Source: Geosiphon pyriformis uo1 (Eukaryota > Fungi > Glomeromycota). Taken from it: 64,000 bases of DNA. The DNA is taken from positions 995,965 to 1,059,964 of the forward strand of contig JAAOMT010000129.1 in the NCBI GenBank assembly GCA_016748015.1. Reading direction: 5' to 3'. The notes beneath the pieces are model-generated. The model did no database searches. It had not been told where the DNA came from and worked only from the letters and a program-made list of their open reading frames with translations. The first letter of the stretch is position 1; each line of letters starts with the position of its first letter. This document shows, piece after piece, positions 11,451 to 25,800 of this stretch. The position numbers were made by a program, and so were the translations under genes.

Positions 11451-13762
11451 TTATGGTGTAACCAAGATTCGAAGAGTGTTGGTGTTCCCGAGACCTAAAA
11501 AATTTGAGGATGTTAAAAAAATAAAAGAAAATTATTTTTCTTATGAGAATAATTTACATACCTCCTTTCCAACCTTGAATAGCAATGACAGCATCACCAG
11601 ATTGAAGAATCCTGTTGGGTTGTTAATAAAGCAATACAAATTATGGGAAAACCTAATGAAAACATATATCTTACTTGAGGAATTTAGCGTGGTTAATACC
11701 CCACTTAATGCGGTTCTCTACATCTTCTTGCCATTGGTCATCTGTATTGTCGGTTTGGGGTGGGACATCATAGATGAAGGGGTAGCAACCACGGTAAAGG
11801 TGGATCTGTCTCGCCGTTTGCGCATTTCTAGTAACAGTGATGATAGGACAACGTGGACGATATTTGGAGACAAGACGTGCGGTATTCCCTGATGTCGACA
11901 GCACAAGTATACATCCTGCGTTTTGTTCGTGGGCAGCTGAAACAGCTGAAGAAGCCACAGTCTCAGTGGTTTGAGTTGGCAGAGGAGTCAAAGCACGGAG
12001 TTCGTTGAAAAGAGGTGGATAACATATCACAGATTCAGCTATAATACAAGTCTCGTTCATCATTTGAACTATTAAAATATTCAATTTTTTAGGAGTTTTT
12101 TTTAGCATAATATAATGTAGAAACCTAAAAAAAATAGTTTTACCTGCTTCAATAGGATAGGCTCCCTTTGCGGTTTCTCCCGATAGCATAACACAATCTG
12201 CACCATCCAGAACGGCATTCGCCACGTCACTTACTTCCGCACGCGTTGGCCTTGGATTATACTATGAAGAACAGTGAAAAGTTAGTTGAGCACGGTGGAG
12301 AATGAACCGAAAAATAAAGAAACTCAACAGTCATGGATTCCAGCATTTGCGTTGCACTATTGGAATTGAATTGGAATATATCATTTTTAATAATTCATTT
12401 ATGAAAACAGCGAGACGGAAAACTTGATACCAACCAGACAACGGGTTTGCCAACAATATTACATTTGGCAATCATCATCTTTTGAGCAACGAAAACTTGA
12501 GAGGCAGGAATTTCGATACCGAGATCCCCACGAGCAACCATAACACCATCAGTTTCTGCCAGAATGGCATCAAAGTTTGTAAGACCCTGATGATTCTCAA
12601 TCTTGGCAATAATTTTAATGTGTTTTCCCTTTTCTCCAAAAATAGCTCTTATATCTCGAATATCTTGACCTGTGCGAATAAACGAGGCAAAAACCATATC
12701 GACACCCTGTTCAACTCCAAACCTTAAATCAGCTTTGTCTTTCTCCGAAAGTGCGGGGAGGTCTACTTCGGTTTTCGGTAAATTTACCCCCTTTCTGCTA
12801 CAGAGTTTTCCGTTATTAAGCGTGCGCACCTTCACAAAATTATCCCCTTTTTCGAGGACTTCGAATGAGAGAACGCCGTCATCGACATAGATAATTTTAC
12901 CGATATCGATCACCTTAGGTAAATTCTCATAATCCACGTACATAGCTTTAAGATCGCACAATTCTTCGTATTTTTTATCCGTGGTAAATATCATTTCATG
13001 ACCAGCACGAATTGGGAGCTTCCGTCGTTTCAAATGATTCAGAATTAGCCATGTTTATTCAACTTAATCTTTGGGAAAAAAAAATTTCACATAGTATTTA
13101 CCTCCACGTTATCTCGCATGAGACCAGTCCGAATTTCTGGTCCTTTCTATAGGAAGAAAATCCCGTAAATCGAATGCTACATATTAAGCGTGTTTTCGAG
13201 AGTTATCCTTAATTTTTGGAAACCTACTGTATCGAGAGCAAGGGCAAGAGGACGACCGGGGTGCACTGGAAAAAAAATTCCATTTAAGCGAAAACAGAAA
13301 ATTCAAATGTTTTAGAGAAAGTGTGGGCAAAAAATTTTTGCTTACATCTCCCATTCTCTCTTACATGATCGATTACTGATTTGTGATACTAGAGATTTGA
13401 AAGTTATAAATTCTCTGATTCCGAGCTTTTATTTTCTCAAAACGTATAATTACTAGATTCAAAAGTAACTACCTCATATGATCCGTGAGAAAAGTTCATC
13501 CGAACAATATTCATTCCAGCGTCTCGCAACTCTTTGATCATTTCTACGCTATTGGTTTTTGGCCCTATTGAAAAATTTTAAAGATGATAGGTATTGTGAT
13601 AAATGAAATATCGTTTCTTCAAGCTCTGTAACGAAAAATCCGTTGCGATAACTCACCAATAGTGCAAATAATTGAAGTTTTTCGAATGTTGCGCACGGGC
13701 TGATCTACCGAGAGTGAGGATATCCACTCAAGGTTAGTCTTTATATTGTCAGTTGGTGCCAT
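11451..13762 (-). CDS. PYK1: Pyruvate kinase (multi-exon, several short exons)
   Basis: [95 protein letters not shown] and C-terminal GNTNTLRI. Confidence 0.97.
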
Positions 13763-14030
13763 TGGGGAAAGGGCTCTGGAATCGTGTCAGTGGAGTTTTA
13801 CAAGGATGTCAAGAACGGTTTGTAATGTTTGTAGACAACCGCCAAAAGCTCACGAAAGTTTTTAACTCGCCAACGAAAGAGAAAAAATTGATTCCTAACG
13901 TGGTTAATGAATCGAGATAAAAAAAATCTGTGCTTTTTCCGGTTCTTGGGGTTGATTGATTATCTGACTTTTTTCCCCAATGTTATTTCATCAAGGATCT
14001 AATCTATATTTATTAGGCTAATGTCCACTT

Positions 14031-14039
14031 TCACGTGAC
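14031..14039 (-). promoter_or_regulatory. E-box GTCACGTGA about 270 bp upstream of the pyruvate kinase ATG
   Basis: TCACGTGAC on the + strand is a bHLH (Tye7/Cbf1-type) consensus; function is inferred only. Confidence 0.3.
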
Positions 14040-16009
14040 GCCTTACTCATAAAATATATATATCCCCACCGAGATGAACATCGCTTTCCACTTTTTGAGA
14101 GCCAGTCTAAAAATGTCTGGTCTATTATGTTTCTAAGATTTCTTGCAACATTAAAGGGTTCGATTCCAAAGAGTCAAACACTTCGACGAACCTTCAAACT
14201 ATATATTGGAACAAATCGATAAATACTAGAAATAAGAATTGGTAAAAAGTCATTTGACATACCTGGCTTGTCCAAAAGTCATTGGCCCAGAAGCGTGTTC
14301 AAGAGAAGGCAACAACGACATTTGGATCATATCAGTCTCGATCAGTGAAAAGGATTCGACAAGACAAATTGAAGGAATCGAACAGCACTATAAAAGGTGC
14401 AGAGAACGTTTTGGAAGAAACACCGGAGGTCGGGATATCATTGGCAAGACGAAAAATGTTCGGACCCTTCATAAATACCTGATTAGTCAATAATATTATT
14501 TGTATATCCTTTTGTCCCACATTTCCATCTCTCCACTATCTCTAATCTTCTTAAGTATTGAGTGCCAAATCCTAATTGAGGAGCAAGATCAAAAAATTGT
14601 ACTCCACGGAGGTCATTGTTTTTCTCAAAGATTTGTAGAATGATTTGAAAAATAGAAAGGTAACTTTGCCAAGTTTTTACATTATTTTAAGCTTTTCCTG
14701 ACAAATTCACTAAATTTTCAATTTTCATATTTTGTAATACTTCTCGTATTGAGACAAAATAGAATAAATGAATTATGGAAAATTGGTGAATATATGATTA
14801 CAACAAATTGTGTGATACTAAGGAGTTTTGAAGCATGATAAAAATATATAATTATAATTCAATTATATTGTTTGAAACCATTTTGAAATGCAGATACAAT
14901 TGTCTGATTCAAAATAAAGATATTAAAAATTTAATTTAATAATATAAAATGTGAAGTGCCGCAATTGGTTGCAATTATTTTTTTCTATTAAAACCGCAAC
15001 TTTTTGTCTTGAGTTACAACCAGTTGAAACTTTTTAAATTCTATAAAGCTAATTTGTATTTAGTTATAAAAAACTTTCTTTGTTACAATCAATTATTATC
15101 TAAATAAAAAATTTAATAAAATTAAATATTGGTCAATTTAGATAAAGTTTTTAATAAAATAATTTGTATGTTTAAATTATTGTTTTTTTTTTATTTTTAT
15201 TAATGCTTTAACAAAATGAGGTCTACCCTACGCAAAACACATTACTGTTTTTATTAAACCATTAATGTTTTATTATGTATTTATAAATTTTAGGAAAATA
15301 ATAATTGAAAATTTTAATTTAATTTTTAACATTTTTTTTATTGCTTTTAACAAAATATGGTTTTTTACCGTTTATTTCAATAAATATGAATTACTATAAA
15401 TATGAATTATGTATTGTTATGAATAGTTTTCTTGAATAGTTTTTTATAATTTAGTGCTTTTATATATATAATATATTTAAAAGTTTTTATATATTTAAAG
15501 GTTTTATTAATTAAGTTTTTTATATAAAAACAAAGATTTAATAATTTGATTGCTTTTAATAATAATATATCTAATCTGTTCTATTTTTTTAATAAAATTT
15601 TTCTGGTATTTAGTAACTTTTTTGGAAAGTTATTTATTTCAATGAATTTAATTTTATATTTATAATGTGCATGTTTTTTTAGATTATTTATAATATTGTA
15701 TTTAATATCTATTCTTTTTTAATAAATTAATTTCAAAAAATAAAAAATAGTATTTATTAATAGTTATAATTAAAAATTATTGGTCTAAAATATTAATTAG
15801 ATTATGGTTTTGGTATTTGTTAACATATAAGATAATTAAAATCGTTATATTACAACAACAATGTTTTAAATTCATGAATTTTGGTAAAAAAAATTTTATA
15901 AAAAAGTAAATTTTAAATCAAAAATAAGACCATTTTCATTTGTTAATTGTTTAATTATTAAATATATTTTTTTTTAATTAATATTACTTATATTTATAAA
16001 TATTTTTAA

Positions 16010-18292
16010 AAACTTTTTGTCTCCTTAATTTTATGACCATGACTAAAACAAAGAATAAAAAAGCTATAAATGTTACTTTTCCTATAGTAACTAATAAAGT
16101 TTTAACATGAAAAGATCTTTCTGTTATTGAAGCAGTTAAACATAATGTTTTGACTATATTTTTCTTAAATATTTATAGTAAAAAGCTGCTTTTAGTAGTT
16201 ACTAAAGCATCTTTTTTACTTTTGGCTAGTTTTTTACCAATTAAAATTCTTTTAAAGAGACACATTTGGATTAATCTTAGTATTGCCTCTACTTTTTCTA
16301 AAAACCCAAGTTTTTAATAACAAATTAGTTAACAAGCTGGTTTTTTTTATTATAGCTTTTATACTTAGTGCTGTTAACACCACTTCTTTAAACAAAATAA
16401 TCAAAAAGACTAAAGTTTCAAAAAAATAAGAGCAGTTACTTGCCTTTGCTATTGTTATACCAAACCTCTTTGTAGTTTCAATTGAGATTTTAGATGAGAT
16501 TTTTGCTGTATCATCCAACATATTATCCAAAATATGCCAAGATTAACCACTAATTGTGTTGCCAAATATGATGTTTTTTAACAGATTCTTGTCAGTTCTA
16601 AAAGCAAAGCAACTATTTTTTATTAAATCATCTGTTTTTGGGAACTGAACTGATCAAATAAAAACTAAATCATTTTTTTTGATTTCTGGTGCTGTTACTA
16701 GTAATGTTTAAGAAACTATTATTAGTTATTAAAAGTTTGCTAAATAGATAGTCTTTATTTTAGTATTTGATAATACTTTTAAGATCAAATTGGCTTATAA
16801 TATAACTGTTTTTTAATCTGTACATGGTTTTTTGAATGCAAAATTAGTGTCAAAAAACAATGTAAAGCTTTTTTGTATGGAGTTTGCTTTCCAAAGTTCT
16901 CTAAATACTGTATTTTTGGTTAAGTTTATAAGCTTAATTTGTCTTGTTACTTTTAAAATTACCAAGTTTTTGGTGGCTTTTGAGTCTGGTTTTTTTTTGC
17001 TACTGTTATACTATGTAATATGTCTTTAAATGTGTTTGCTATCAATATTAAGTCAGTTTTTGGTGTTTTTAGTGAGATTTTTCATGTTGTATTAAAGCCT
17101 ACTGGTATTTGACAGTACATAGTTGTTTACTTTAATGAGTTAAATACTGTTGCATTTCTTCTTAATTATTGGTTAGTGTTGGTAAGTAAAGATAGTATTT
17201 GGATTTTTTCTCTCATAAATCAAAAAAAGATCATTCTGTCTCATAATAGATTTAAGGCCAAGTTGGTCAATTTTTTTTCTGGCTGTACAGCTTTTGAAAT
17301 CAGTAATATGATTTCTCAAGTTGGTGGTTAAACTTGTTTTATTCTTTATTTACCTAATTTTGGTTGTTATTTTTAGTTTGTTCTGATTATATTTGGCTCT
17401 CAAGTTGATTTAAATTCTGTAATTGTCAAAACTAGTACACTAAAAAGATGCCATATTTGGTAAAAAACTTCTGGTTGTCAGTACTGTTTTAAATATCAAG
17501 AAATAGGCCATCTGGCTACAAACTATACAGTTTTTTTACCTTCTTTTTCCATAATTCTCAAGATGTTTAAATTGTAGTTTACAGATAATATTTTTTATGC
17601 TAAGACTTTTTTTTATCCAGATCCTTCTAAGTTTTCTTCTTTGGCTGTTTTTACTTCTTTTTTTGTAATTGTTGGTAATTCTTTGTTTTCTTTTTAGCTG
17701 GTGTTTCTGGAATCTGATTTGGTTAAGTTGTCAGTTTTGGTTGAATTAATTATTAAGCTTATTGGTATATTGATTACTGTATTTGAACATTTTATTAAAA
17801 GTAATTTTATTTCAAGCAGTATTTTTAATTTAAAAGTTAATAAGCTTATGGTTTATTTGAATTTTTTTAGCAAAATTGTTAGTTAGTTAAGAAAAAAAGT
17901 AGTTTTTTTGAAAAAAAATACTGTATAAATAATGTTAATATGTTTAGTAATTCAAAGTATTTAATTAACATAAACAATAATGTGTTTTCTAACTTAATAT
18001 TCTTTTAAGTACATAAGTTTGTTAACATTAAAACTAATTCTTTAAAAACAGTTGAATAACTGGTTAAATTAGTCTTTTGTAGTATTATTTTATTTGATGT
18101 TATTTAAAAAATGTTATTTTTGGGTAAGTTTTCTTTTATTACATAAACTTAGCATAATTTAAACTGGTTTAAGTAGCTGGTTATATATAAAAGTGCATAA
18201 ATTTTATTTAATACTGAAACATTTAGTTTATTCTTAATTTTTAAATAGTAATTAGACCTTGCTTGTTAAATCTAATAATAATAATAATAAAT
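16010..18292 (+). mobile_element. Degenerate ORF1-only non-LTR retroelement (HAL1-like architecture) with LINE-type 3'UTR and (TAA)n tail
   Basis: Decayed ORF from ATG ~16033 to ~18148 has motifs paralleling LINE ORF1 (YWLVLVSKDSI..SHNRFKAKLVN..GCTAFEI..QVGG*TCFI; knuckle CFKYQEIGHLATNY; coiled coil LESDLVKLS). It is followed directly by a 3'UTR homologous to 27520-27650, with no ORF2. Confidence 0.7.
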
Positions 18293-18299
18293 ATTTTTT

Positions 18300-20847
18300 A
18301 AATTATTAAATAATTTTTTATTGCTAATTATTGCTTTGTTATTATTAGTTATTATTAATTATTTTATTAATTAATTACTTAATTAATTATTAATATTATT
18401 TTTGCTGTTTTTTTTATCTAAATAATAGTATTTTTAATATATAATCAATTATTTTAATTTATATTAATAAATAATTATTATTTTTTAAATTAAATTTACT
18501 TATTGTTTTTATTTTAATTATATAATTATTTAAAATTTGTTTATTATAAATATGTTTATATATTTGCTTTTTTATAAAACTTTATCTTATTTTTTTGTAT
18601 AATTTATATTTAAAACAATTTTAAAATCAATTACAATTAATTAATTTTTATATTATAAATATTTAAAAAATAAACTTTGTATTTGTTTTTAAATTGGCTA
18701 AAATTTTTAAGTAAATTAGTAATTAAGTTAAAAATATACTTGATTTAAGCTTTTAAAAAAATAAAACAGTTTTTAATATTTATAATAAAATGTATTTTAG
18801 TAGCCAGAAAAAAAATAATAAAATTTACTGAAAATTTTAATTTTTTTTAACAACAGATTTTAACTTAATTTTAACGGTTTTAATACATCTTATTAATAAT
18901 AATATTAAAAAAATTAAGATAAAATATTAAATTAACAAATTAAAAAAAATAGCTTTACAACCAAAAATTAAACTTTAATATTTATAAAAGCACTAATATT
19001 CAAAAAAATTATCAAATATAATTTTTTTAAAAAATAAAAGAAATTTGTTTATTAATTTAAGTAATTAAATTATTAATTTTAAAAACAGTTAAATAAAAAA
19101 TTAATTAATTTAGTTTTATAAGTATCATAAAAGACAAATATTTTTTTGGTTAATAAAAAAAGCTTTATCATTATTTTTTTTACTAAAATTAATTAATAAA
19201 CAAAAACAATTTTAAATACATAAAAAAATTTGAATTAAATAATAATATATAATTACAAATCAATAGTTTTAACTTAAAACCAAAAACTTTATTAAAAATA
19301 TAATTAAAAACAATTTAAAAAATTACAATAACAAAAACAAAAACAGAAATTAAAGTTATAAAAAATGAAACAATTTTGAAAAAAACAAAAAAATTAATAA
19401 ACTTAATTTTAATAATAATATTCAAAAATTTAAAATATAAATTTTATACAAAAAAGTCTACTATTGTTTTTAAAACTCAATTTCAAATTAATAAAACAAT
19501 ATAAAAATTGAATATAATTTTATAATAATAATATTAATATTAAATATAAAAATAAAATTTACTTATTTAAAAAATTTTAATAATTAATAATAGATTTTTA
19601 AATATTATTAAAACCAATAATATTTTTAAAAAACAAAAAAACAAAAAAGTGGTTTAATTTTAATTTTATTAATTTATTATTATAATTAAATAAAATTATA
19701 TATTAAAATATAATTATTTTGTTTTATAATTGGTAATAATTAATTAAAATTTATTTTATTAAATAATACAGTAAAATATCAATTCAAATTAGTTTTAATA
19801 AATATATTATTTACAGATAAAACAAATTAAACATAATTGGTATTAATATTATAAAATCAATAAAAATATTAAAAAACCAAAAAAAGTTAATATTTTATTT
19901 TTTACAAAAAAATATTTTGTATTTTTATAAAACAAAAATTATTGGTTTTTTTATTGTTTTGGTTTTTTTAGCGATTTAAACAGCAAAAAAACATTAACAA
20001 TAAAAAACAATAACTTAAATATTAGTTTGTGATTTGAAATTTTAAGTTTTTTATTACATTAAAACATTTTTTAATAAATTATTTTAAAAAAATTTTAAAT
20101 AAAAAAACTTCTATTTAAAACCAAAAAAGTGTTTTTTTTGCAATTATGATTGTTTTATAAATTATAAAGTATTTTAAAATTTTAATACAATAAAATTATT
20201 ATTATATATAAAAATATTTATAGTTTTTTTATTTTTATATTAAATTTATTAAAATAATTAATTGTTTAAATATATAAAACAAAATTTTTACCAAAAAAAA
20301 ATTTTATAATATTTATAAAAAATTAAATCTTAAAAATTTAGTTTTTACATAATTTGTTTTTATTTTAGATTTTATTAAAAAAAATAATTTTATTAATAAG
20401 AATTTATTTGTATTATTTGTTTTATCTCATTAAAATCTATTTAATTTAGAATATTTTAATATAATTAAAATTAATTTAAATATAAATTATTTAAATAAAA
20501 TTTTTATTTTTACAAATAAATTTATTAAAACATATATTTTTTTATTGTAAATAATAAAATAGTTTATTTTATAAATTTAAGTTTAAATATTTTATATATT
20601 AGTGTTTTTAATATTAATTAAATTATAAATAATTATTCTAATAATAAAATATATATTTGTGTTCAACAAAATAATAATTAATTTAAATAATTAAATAATT
20701 AAATATTTAAGTTTTATATAATTAAGCTTAATTTTCATTAAAAATATTAAATTAAATAGCAATATATTAATAATATTATTAAAATAAATTTTTAATAAAA
20801 GATTAAAATTTAATAAAAATTATTTTAATTTAATATTTGAATAAATA
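18300..20847. mobile_element. Extremely AT-rich block, at least partly fossil LINE ORF2 (RNase H region ~20490-20840, + strand)
   Basis: ATTTTTATTTTTACAAATAAATTT reads as a transition-mutated I-S-(V/I)-F-T-D-G-S; AAATTATAAATAATTATTCTAATAATAAAATATATATTT reads as E-L-Q-A-I-A-L-A-x-E-C-V-P. Confidence 0.45.
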
Positions 20848-20987
20848 AATAAAAAACTTCTTTCTTTCCTTCGTCCCAAATTCCTAAAAAAGAGTCAAAT
20901 TTTGAAAGAAGTTTTTTCTGTTTTTGCATATTGTCTTCCATTATTTCACAAGAATCAAACCCTTTTATTGTTGGCCCAGCTGCCATT

Positions 20988-22832
20988 ATGAGTGGTCCTA
21001 GTGCTAAGAGAAGGTCTGCCAGAGTTTCGACCGTTAATTCAGTTGGTGATGGTTCAACTCAAAAAGTCAAAAAGCCTCTCAGTAGTGTTAAACTTTCGGA
21101 TACAGATAAGAATCTCAAAGTTAGTGAACCTATTAGTGTAGACGGACAACTTACTAGCATGGATATGGATGGAAAAGCCTTTGATAATAAAGCCACCTCT
21201 GACTTCCAAATGAATATGCCCAATGCGAAGCGTTTCAATACTGGTGCGGCTATCGGTTTTCCTCTCGGCTCTATCAATTATGACATAGATGATAATGAAG
21301 AGGATGTTTTTCTTTCTCCCCGGTTGTCTTTCTCTTTGGAAAAAGTGTGAGTGGACCCCAAAATTGTTAAAACTCAGATGGAAGTGGCTGTAAAGAAATT
21401 TTTCACTTTGGATATCAATCTTTCGGCTGTGGAAAGAAAATCAGCAATGGCTAAAACTCAGGTCATAAGGAAATTGTTTTCACGAATCAATGGTTTTGGG
21501 AGGGCCACTACCCCCTCAAAATTTGAAGGGATCATCAGATCGACGTTTACTTCATTAAAAAGCATGGAAAAGGCCGTCTCATTGGCCAGGGAAAATAACA
21601 TCATTGTAAACAGCGATCTCAAAAGACAGGGAATACGCTCAGATCAGGCCGTAGTAATTAAGGAAATTCCCATGAATATGCCAAAAAAAATGATCGTCGC
21701 CACAGTGTCTGAATTTGGTCAAGTGGTGTCGATCCAATTGCAACTCATTGGGCTGTGGCAAAAGGCAGTAGTGGAGTTTGCCGAATCAAGTCAGGCAGAT
21801 CAGTTGGCAGCTAAGTGGTCATTCTTAATTGGGAAGGATTCAGTGCATGTGGCCAAGGCTGTGCAGGATTGTGAGACATGGGCGTCTAGAGATCGGTATA
21901 GGGCGCTTTTGTTTACTTTGCCAGTAGGAACAACAGCTCATGATCTTGGTGATCTTTTGGCAAGAGCTGGTGGGAAAACTTGTGTTATAAATTGTTTTTT
22001 AGTTACTGGCAATAGGATTTGTTGTGCTGTGATTTGTTTTGAGAATGATGAGGATTTGGAGTCTGCATTTCGTACGGAGCCTGTTTTTGGTGGGGTGAAA
22101 CTTTCTTGGGCTAGATTGAACTTGGTTCGGTGTGAACAGTGTAGGAAACTTGATCATTCAGTTCTGGAGTGTGATGCTAAGATCTCACATTCTCCTAAAA
22201 TTTCCAAATCATTTAAAAAGATTGTTTCTGATGAAACCCGCCTCCGGTTGGCCAAGCTGTATGCAAAAAAGAGTGTGCCTATTTCTAGACTGGCTGCATT
22301 CGGCGGCAAATCATGGGCTCAGGTTGTCTCTCTAGCGTTTTCATCTAATGGTCCTCACTTTGGTTCTGGTTCTGATTTTGTCTCTTCTCCTAGCACCTCA
22401 GATTTGGTAGGTAACTTGTCTCTCACGGGTCCTGTTGGTTTGATTTTGGAAACTCGTCTTGCTTCTTTGGAGTGTTCTTTGGAACTTCTTACGGATAAGG
22501 TGTCCAGTATTATTGACAAACTTGACAGTTTAAGCTTGGTGCCCTTGGCTCTTGATTCCTCTTCTCAGCCCTTGGCTGCCCCTGGTTTGGTTAATATGAA
22601 ACTTGGTTCAGATATGATTTTGGATGAACCTGATTCTGTGGTTATTCCTCCTTTTTCGGTTTCTTATGATACTTCAAGTTTGGGTTCGAGTAGTTCAAAA
22701 GTTCTAACTTCAAAAGTGGGTTGCTTGGAATTGAAGTTGGTGGCTCTCGAAGCTTCGGTTAGTTCAGTATTGGAGAAGTTAGATCAGATGTGTGCTGGCT
22801 TGGATTCTGCAGTCTCTTTTGCAACCCAATGA
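20988..22832 (+). pseudogene. LINE ORF1 (gag-like: RRM-type domains, CCHC zinc knuckle, C-terminal coiled coil); one internal stop at 21348
   Basis: VVIKEIP...EFGQVVSI...KAVVEF (RRM-like), CEQCRKLDHSVLEC knuckle, LETRLASLECSLELL heptads. Confidence 0.85.
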
Positions 22833-25800
22833 ATGATTTAGTATGGAAAATAGCCACGTGTAATGTCAGGTGAATGAACAATTCAGCTAAGCAAGAGGAC
22901 ATTATACGTTGGCACAGAGATATGAACAATTTAGTTTCAATTATCACTGAGACAAAGTTAAAAGATAAGGTATGGCCTTAGATTGCTAGTAAGTTTGATG
23001 GTGTTTGGGTCTTCATTTCTGGTTTGAATTCTGGTCATTTTGGTTCTGGTGTGGCGATTGTTATGAACAATTCTCTGGCCAGGCACGTGTGCAAAGTTTC
23101 TGAGGTCCCTGGTCGCCTTATTTCTGTCAAGTTGCTTTTTAGGAATAAACTCTTGGTTTCTTTTTTGGGTCTGTATGCTGGTGTGTCGGCTTCGGTGTGC
23201 TTCTCTTAGGCCGATGACGTGAATGCTATGATTGCTAGTGCTGTGAATGAATCATCTTTTGTGGTCTTAGGTGGTAACTTCAATGAAGATGGTTTGCATA
23301 GAAGTGCCAGTTTCAGGAAGTGTGGTAGCTTGGGTCTGGTCAACTCTCTTGTCTGCAGTCCGTTTGTAAAAGTTCCAACTTGAAGTAATTTCCAGAGTGT
23401 GACGAAGACAATTGATTATTTTTTTGTATCTCCCAATTTGGTCAATGCTATTGTGGATCGTGATGTTCTGGATGTGTCCGACTTCTTTGATACTAACCAT
23501 CAAGCCATTTCTGTGTCGATTGGTTTAGGTGGTCTCTTGGATATGCGTTTGTGTTCTGTTTGCAAGCAGGCCAATAGAGATCGTTGGAAGTACGATTTTA
23601 AGGATGCTTGTGTTGCCTTGTGGTTGAGATTCAGGGAGGCCACAGCAGTGAATGCTGCCATGTTCTCTGATGATTTCTTGGCTGCCAGGGATCTGTTGGA
23701 TTTGGATGCGATGTGGGATGTTGTTCAAAAAACTATGTGTTTCTCAGCAAGTGAAGTTTTCAGAAAAAAATGGTTTAAAGATTATGATGGCATTTTTACT
23801 AAGCATTCGTCCAGGTTCCATAAGCTAGAACTTTTAGTGTCTAAGTTGGTCAAAGCTTCCCATTCTGTTGATTGTGATGTGTTTGTATTGCTGCTTGATA
23901 CTTGGAAAGTGCTTGATTCTGCTGGTGCTGCTGTGGTAAGGTCTCTTTTTTTCTCAAAGTCTCCTTTTGACAACATTTGTTCAGTTCTGTCCAAAGCCAG
24001 GAAGTCTTATTGTGCCTCAAAGTTATTGGAATCGAAACGTGCTAAAGAGTCGCAGATTAGATCTGCTGTGGACAAAAGGATGGAAACCTTTGAATCTAAT
24101 AAGAGTCACACTATTAGAAGCGTCTTGGAGAAGCCTTTTCACAAGGTGGTTTTGGATCATTTGGTGGTTGGTAATGAGCTGTATTTGGAACCTGATCATG
24201 TTAAAAAGAAAGTGGATAAGATTATGGAGGGGTGGATTCGTAAATGTGGTATGGCCCTTGATGTTCCTGGGAATTGGGCTAACCAATATTGGCCTTTGAA
24301 TTACATGTTTAATGATGCTTTTTTAGATGTGATGAGCTGTGTTAGTTTTGATGAGATGTCTGGTGTGGTCTCTGTTCTACCTGATGGGAAGGCTGTTGGT
24401 CTCTCAGGCATCTCCAATAAACTTTGAAAGCACTGTAATAAATCTGTTCTCGATATGCTCTTAGTGCTTATTAATTCTTGTCTTCATGGTGAGTCTGTGC
24501 CTGGTGCTTGGAAGAAAGCCTGGGTGTCGATGATTCCCAAACCTTATGAATAGGAGGGTGTGCTTACAAACACTCATCCTATTGCTCTGATTGAGATGGC
24601 TCGAAAAATTCTTTCCAAGATTCTCTCTGATAGGATCTCTTTGGCATGTAGCAAGTTTGACATTCTTTGTGGGGACAATTTTTCAGTTCTCAAAGGCACT
24701 ACAACTCAGTTTTCCATTTTTGCGATTGGTTCGGTGATCGAGGATGCTCTTGAAAAAAACCGGGAGCTCTGGCTGATTTTACAAGACATGCAGAAAGTGT
24801 ATGACTTGGTTGGTTGGGATCATCTTAAGAAAAGTTTGGTTAGGATAAAAATGTACTGCCAGTTTATTAGGTTTTTTGGGAATATTCATGGTGGTCGTAC
24901 AAACCGGGTTATGACTGATTTTGGGTTAACGGATGGTTATCATATACACAATGACCTGAACCAAGGGGAGGTGTTTTTGTCTCTTCTTTGGCATATATTT
25001 TATGATCCTCTCTTGTGCAAAGTTAAGAGGCAGGAGAGTGTGTGTGGTTATAGATTAAATTCTTATTTTGTTGCTAAGATGGGCCGTGTGGAGTCTCAGG
25101 CTGGTTTGTCATTTTTCTTCGCTGCAGGCACTTTTGTGGATGATATGATCTGGGTGGGTAGCAGTCAGACTGCCACTCAACACATTTTTGATGTGGCTAG
25201 TGAGTTCTTTTGCATCAATGATATTTTAATTAATAATGATAAGACTGTGGCCATTCCAATTAATAGCCATGCCAGTGCATCTTCTCTTTTCATCAGTGGA
25301 TCCCCTATTTCTATAGCTAAGCCAGGCGAATCTCATCATTATCTGGGTATCTTCGTGTCTTCTGAGAGACTGTCGAAGTCCAGCCTGGCAAAAGCCCATT
25401 TAAATGTTTGTTTTTTTATCAACTTGGTTCTAAGAAAAGCCATATCAGACAAACAATTTCTTTATTTAGTGTCAGCTGTTCTCCACCCCATCATCGGTTA
25501 TAGAACTCAGTTTAGTTTTGTTTCTGTCAGTATGTGTAATAAATGGGACGCTTTGATTCGTAGGGGCTTGAAATCCAAGTCTGGATTGCCTCTTGATTTT
25601 CCTAGTGACATGATCCATCATCTCTCATTCTATGGGTTGAAATCTTTTGTCCAGATTCAATCAGAAAGTAAGGTTGCTTCCCTTATTTGTTTTGCAAACT
25701 CAGTGAGAATTCTGGGTCGCCTGTTCTCCCACAGGTCTCATGACTTACAGGTTTCGTGCTGGCACCCTATTCATTCTTTGAGTGTTTCTGTTCATGTACG

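Noticed and set aside
11305-11892. 195-aa + strand ORF and other antisense ORFs over PK, the LINE and the lipases
   Set aside because: Shadow ORFs antisense to or out of frame with well-supported genes.
14074-14660. Moderate-GC segment with short ORFs divergent from pyruvate kinase
   Set aside because: Coding-like, but stops in all frames and no recognisable family; may be a pseudogene fragment.
14955-15030. GCAATTGGTTGCAAT / ACAACCAGTTG motifs suggesting a DNA-transposon end
   Set aside because: No matching opposite terminus or TSD could be identified.
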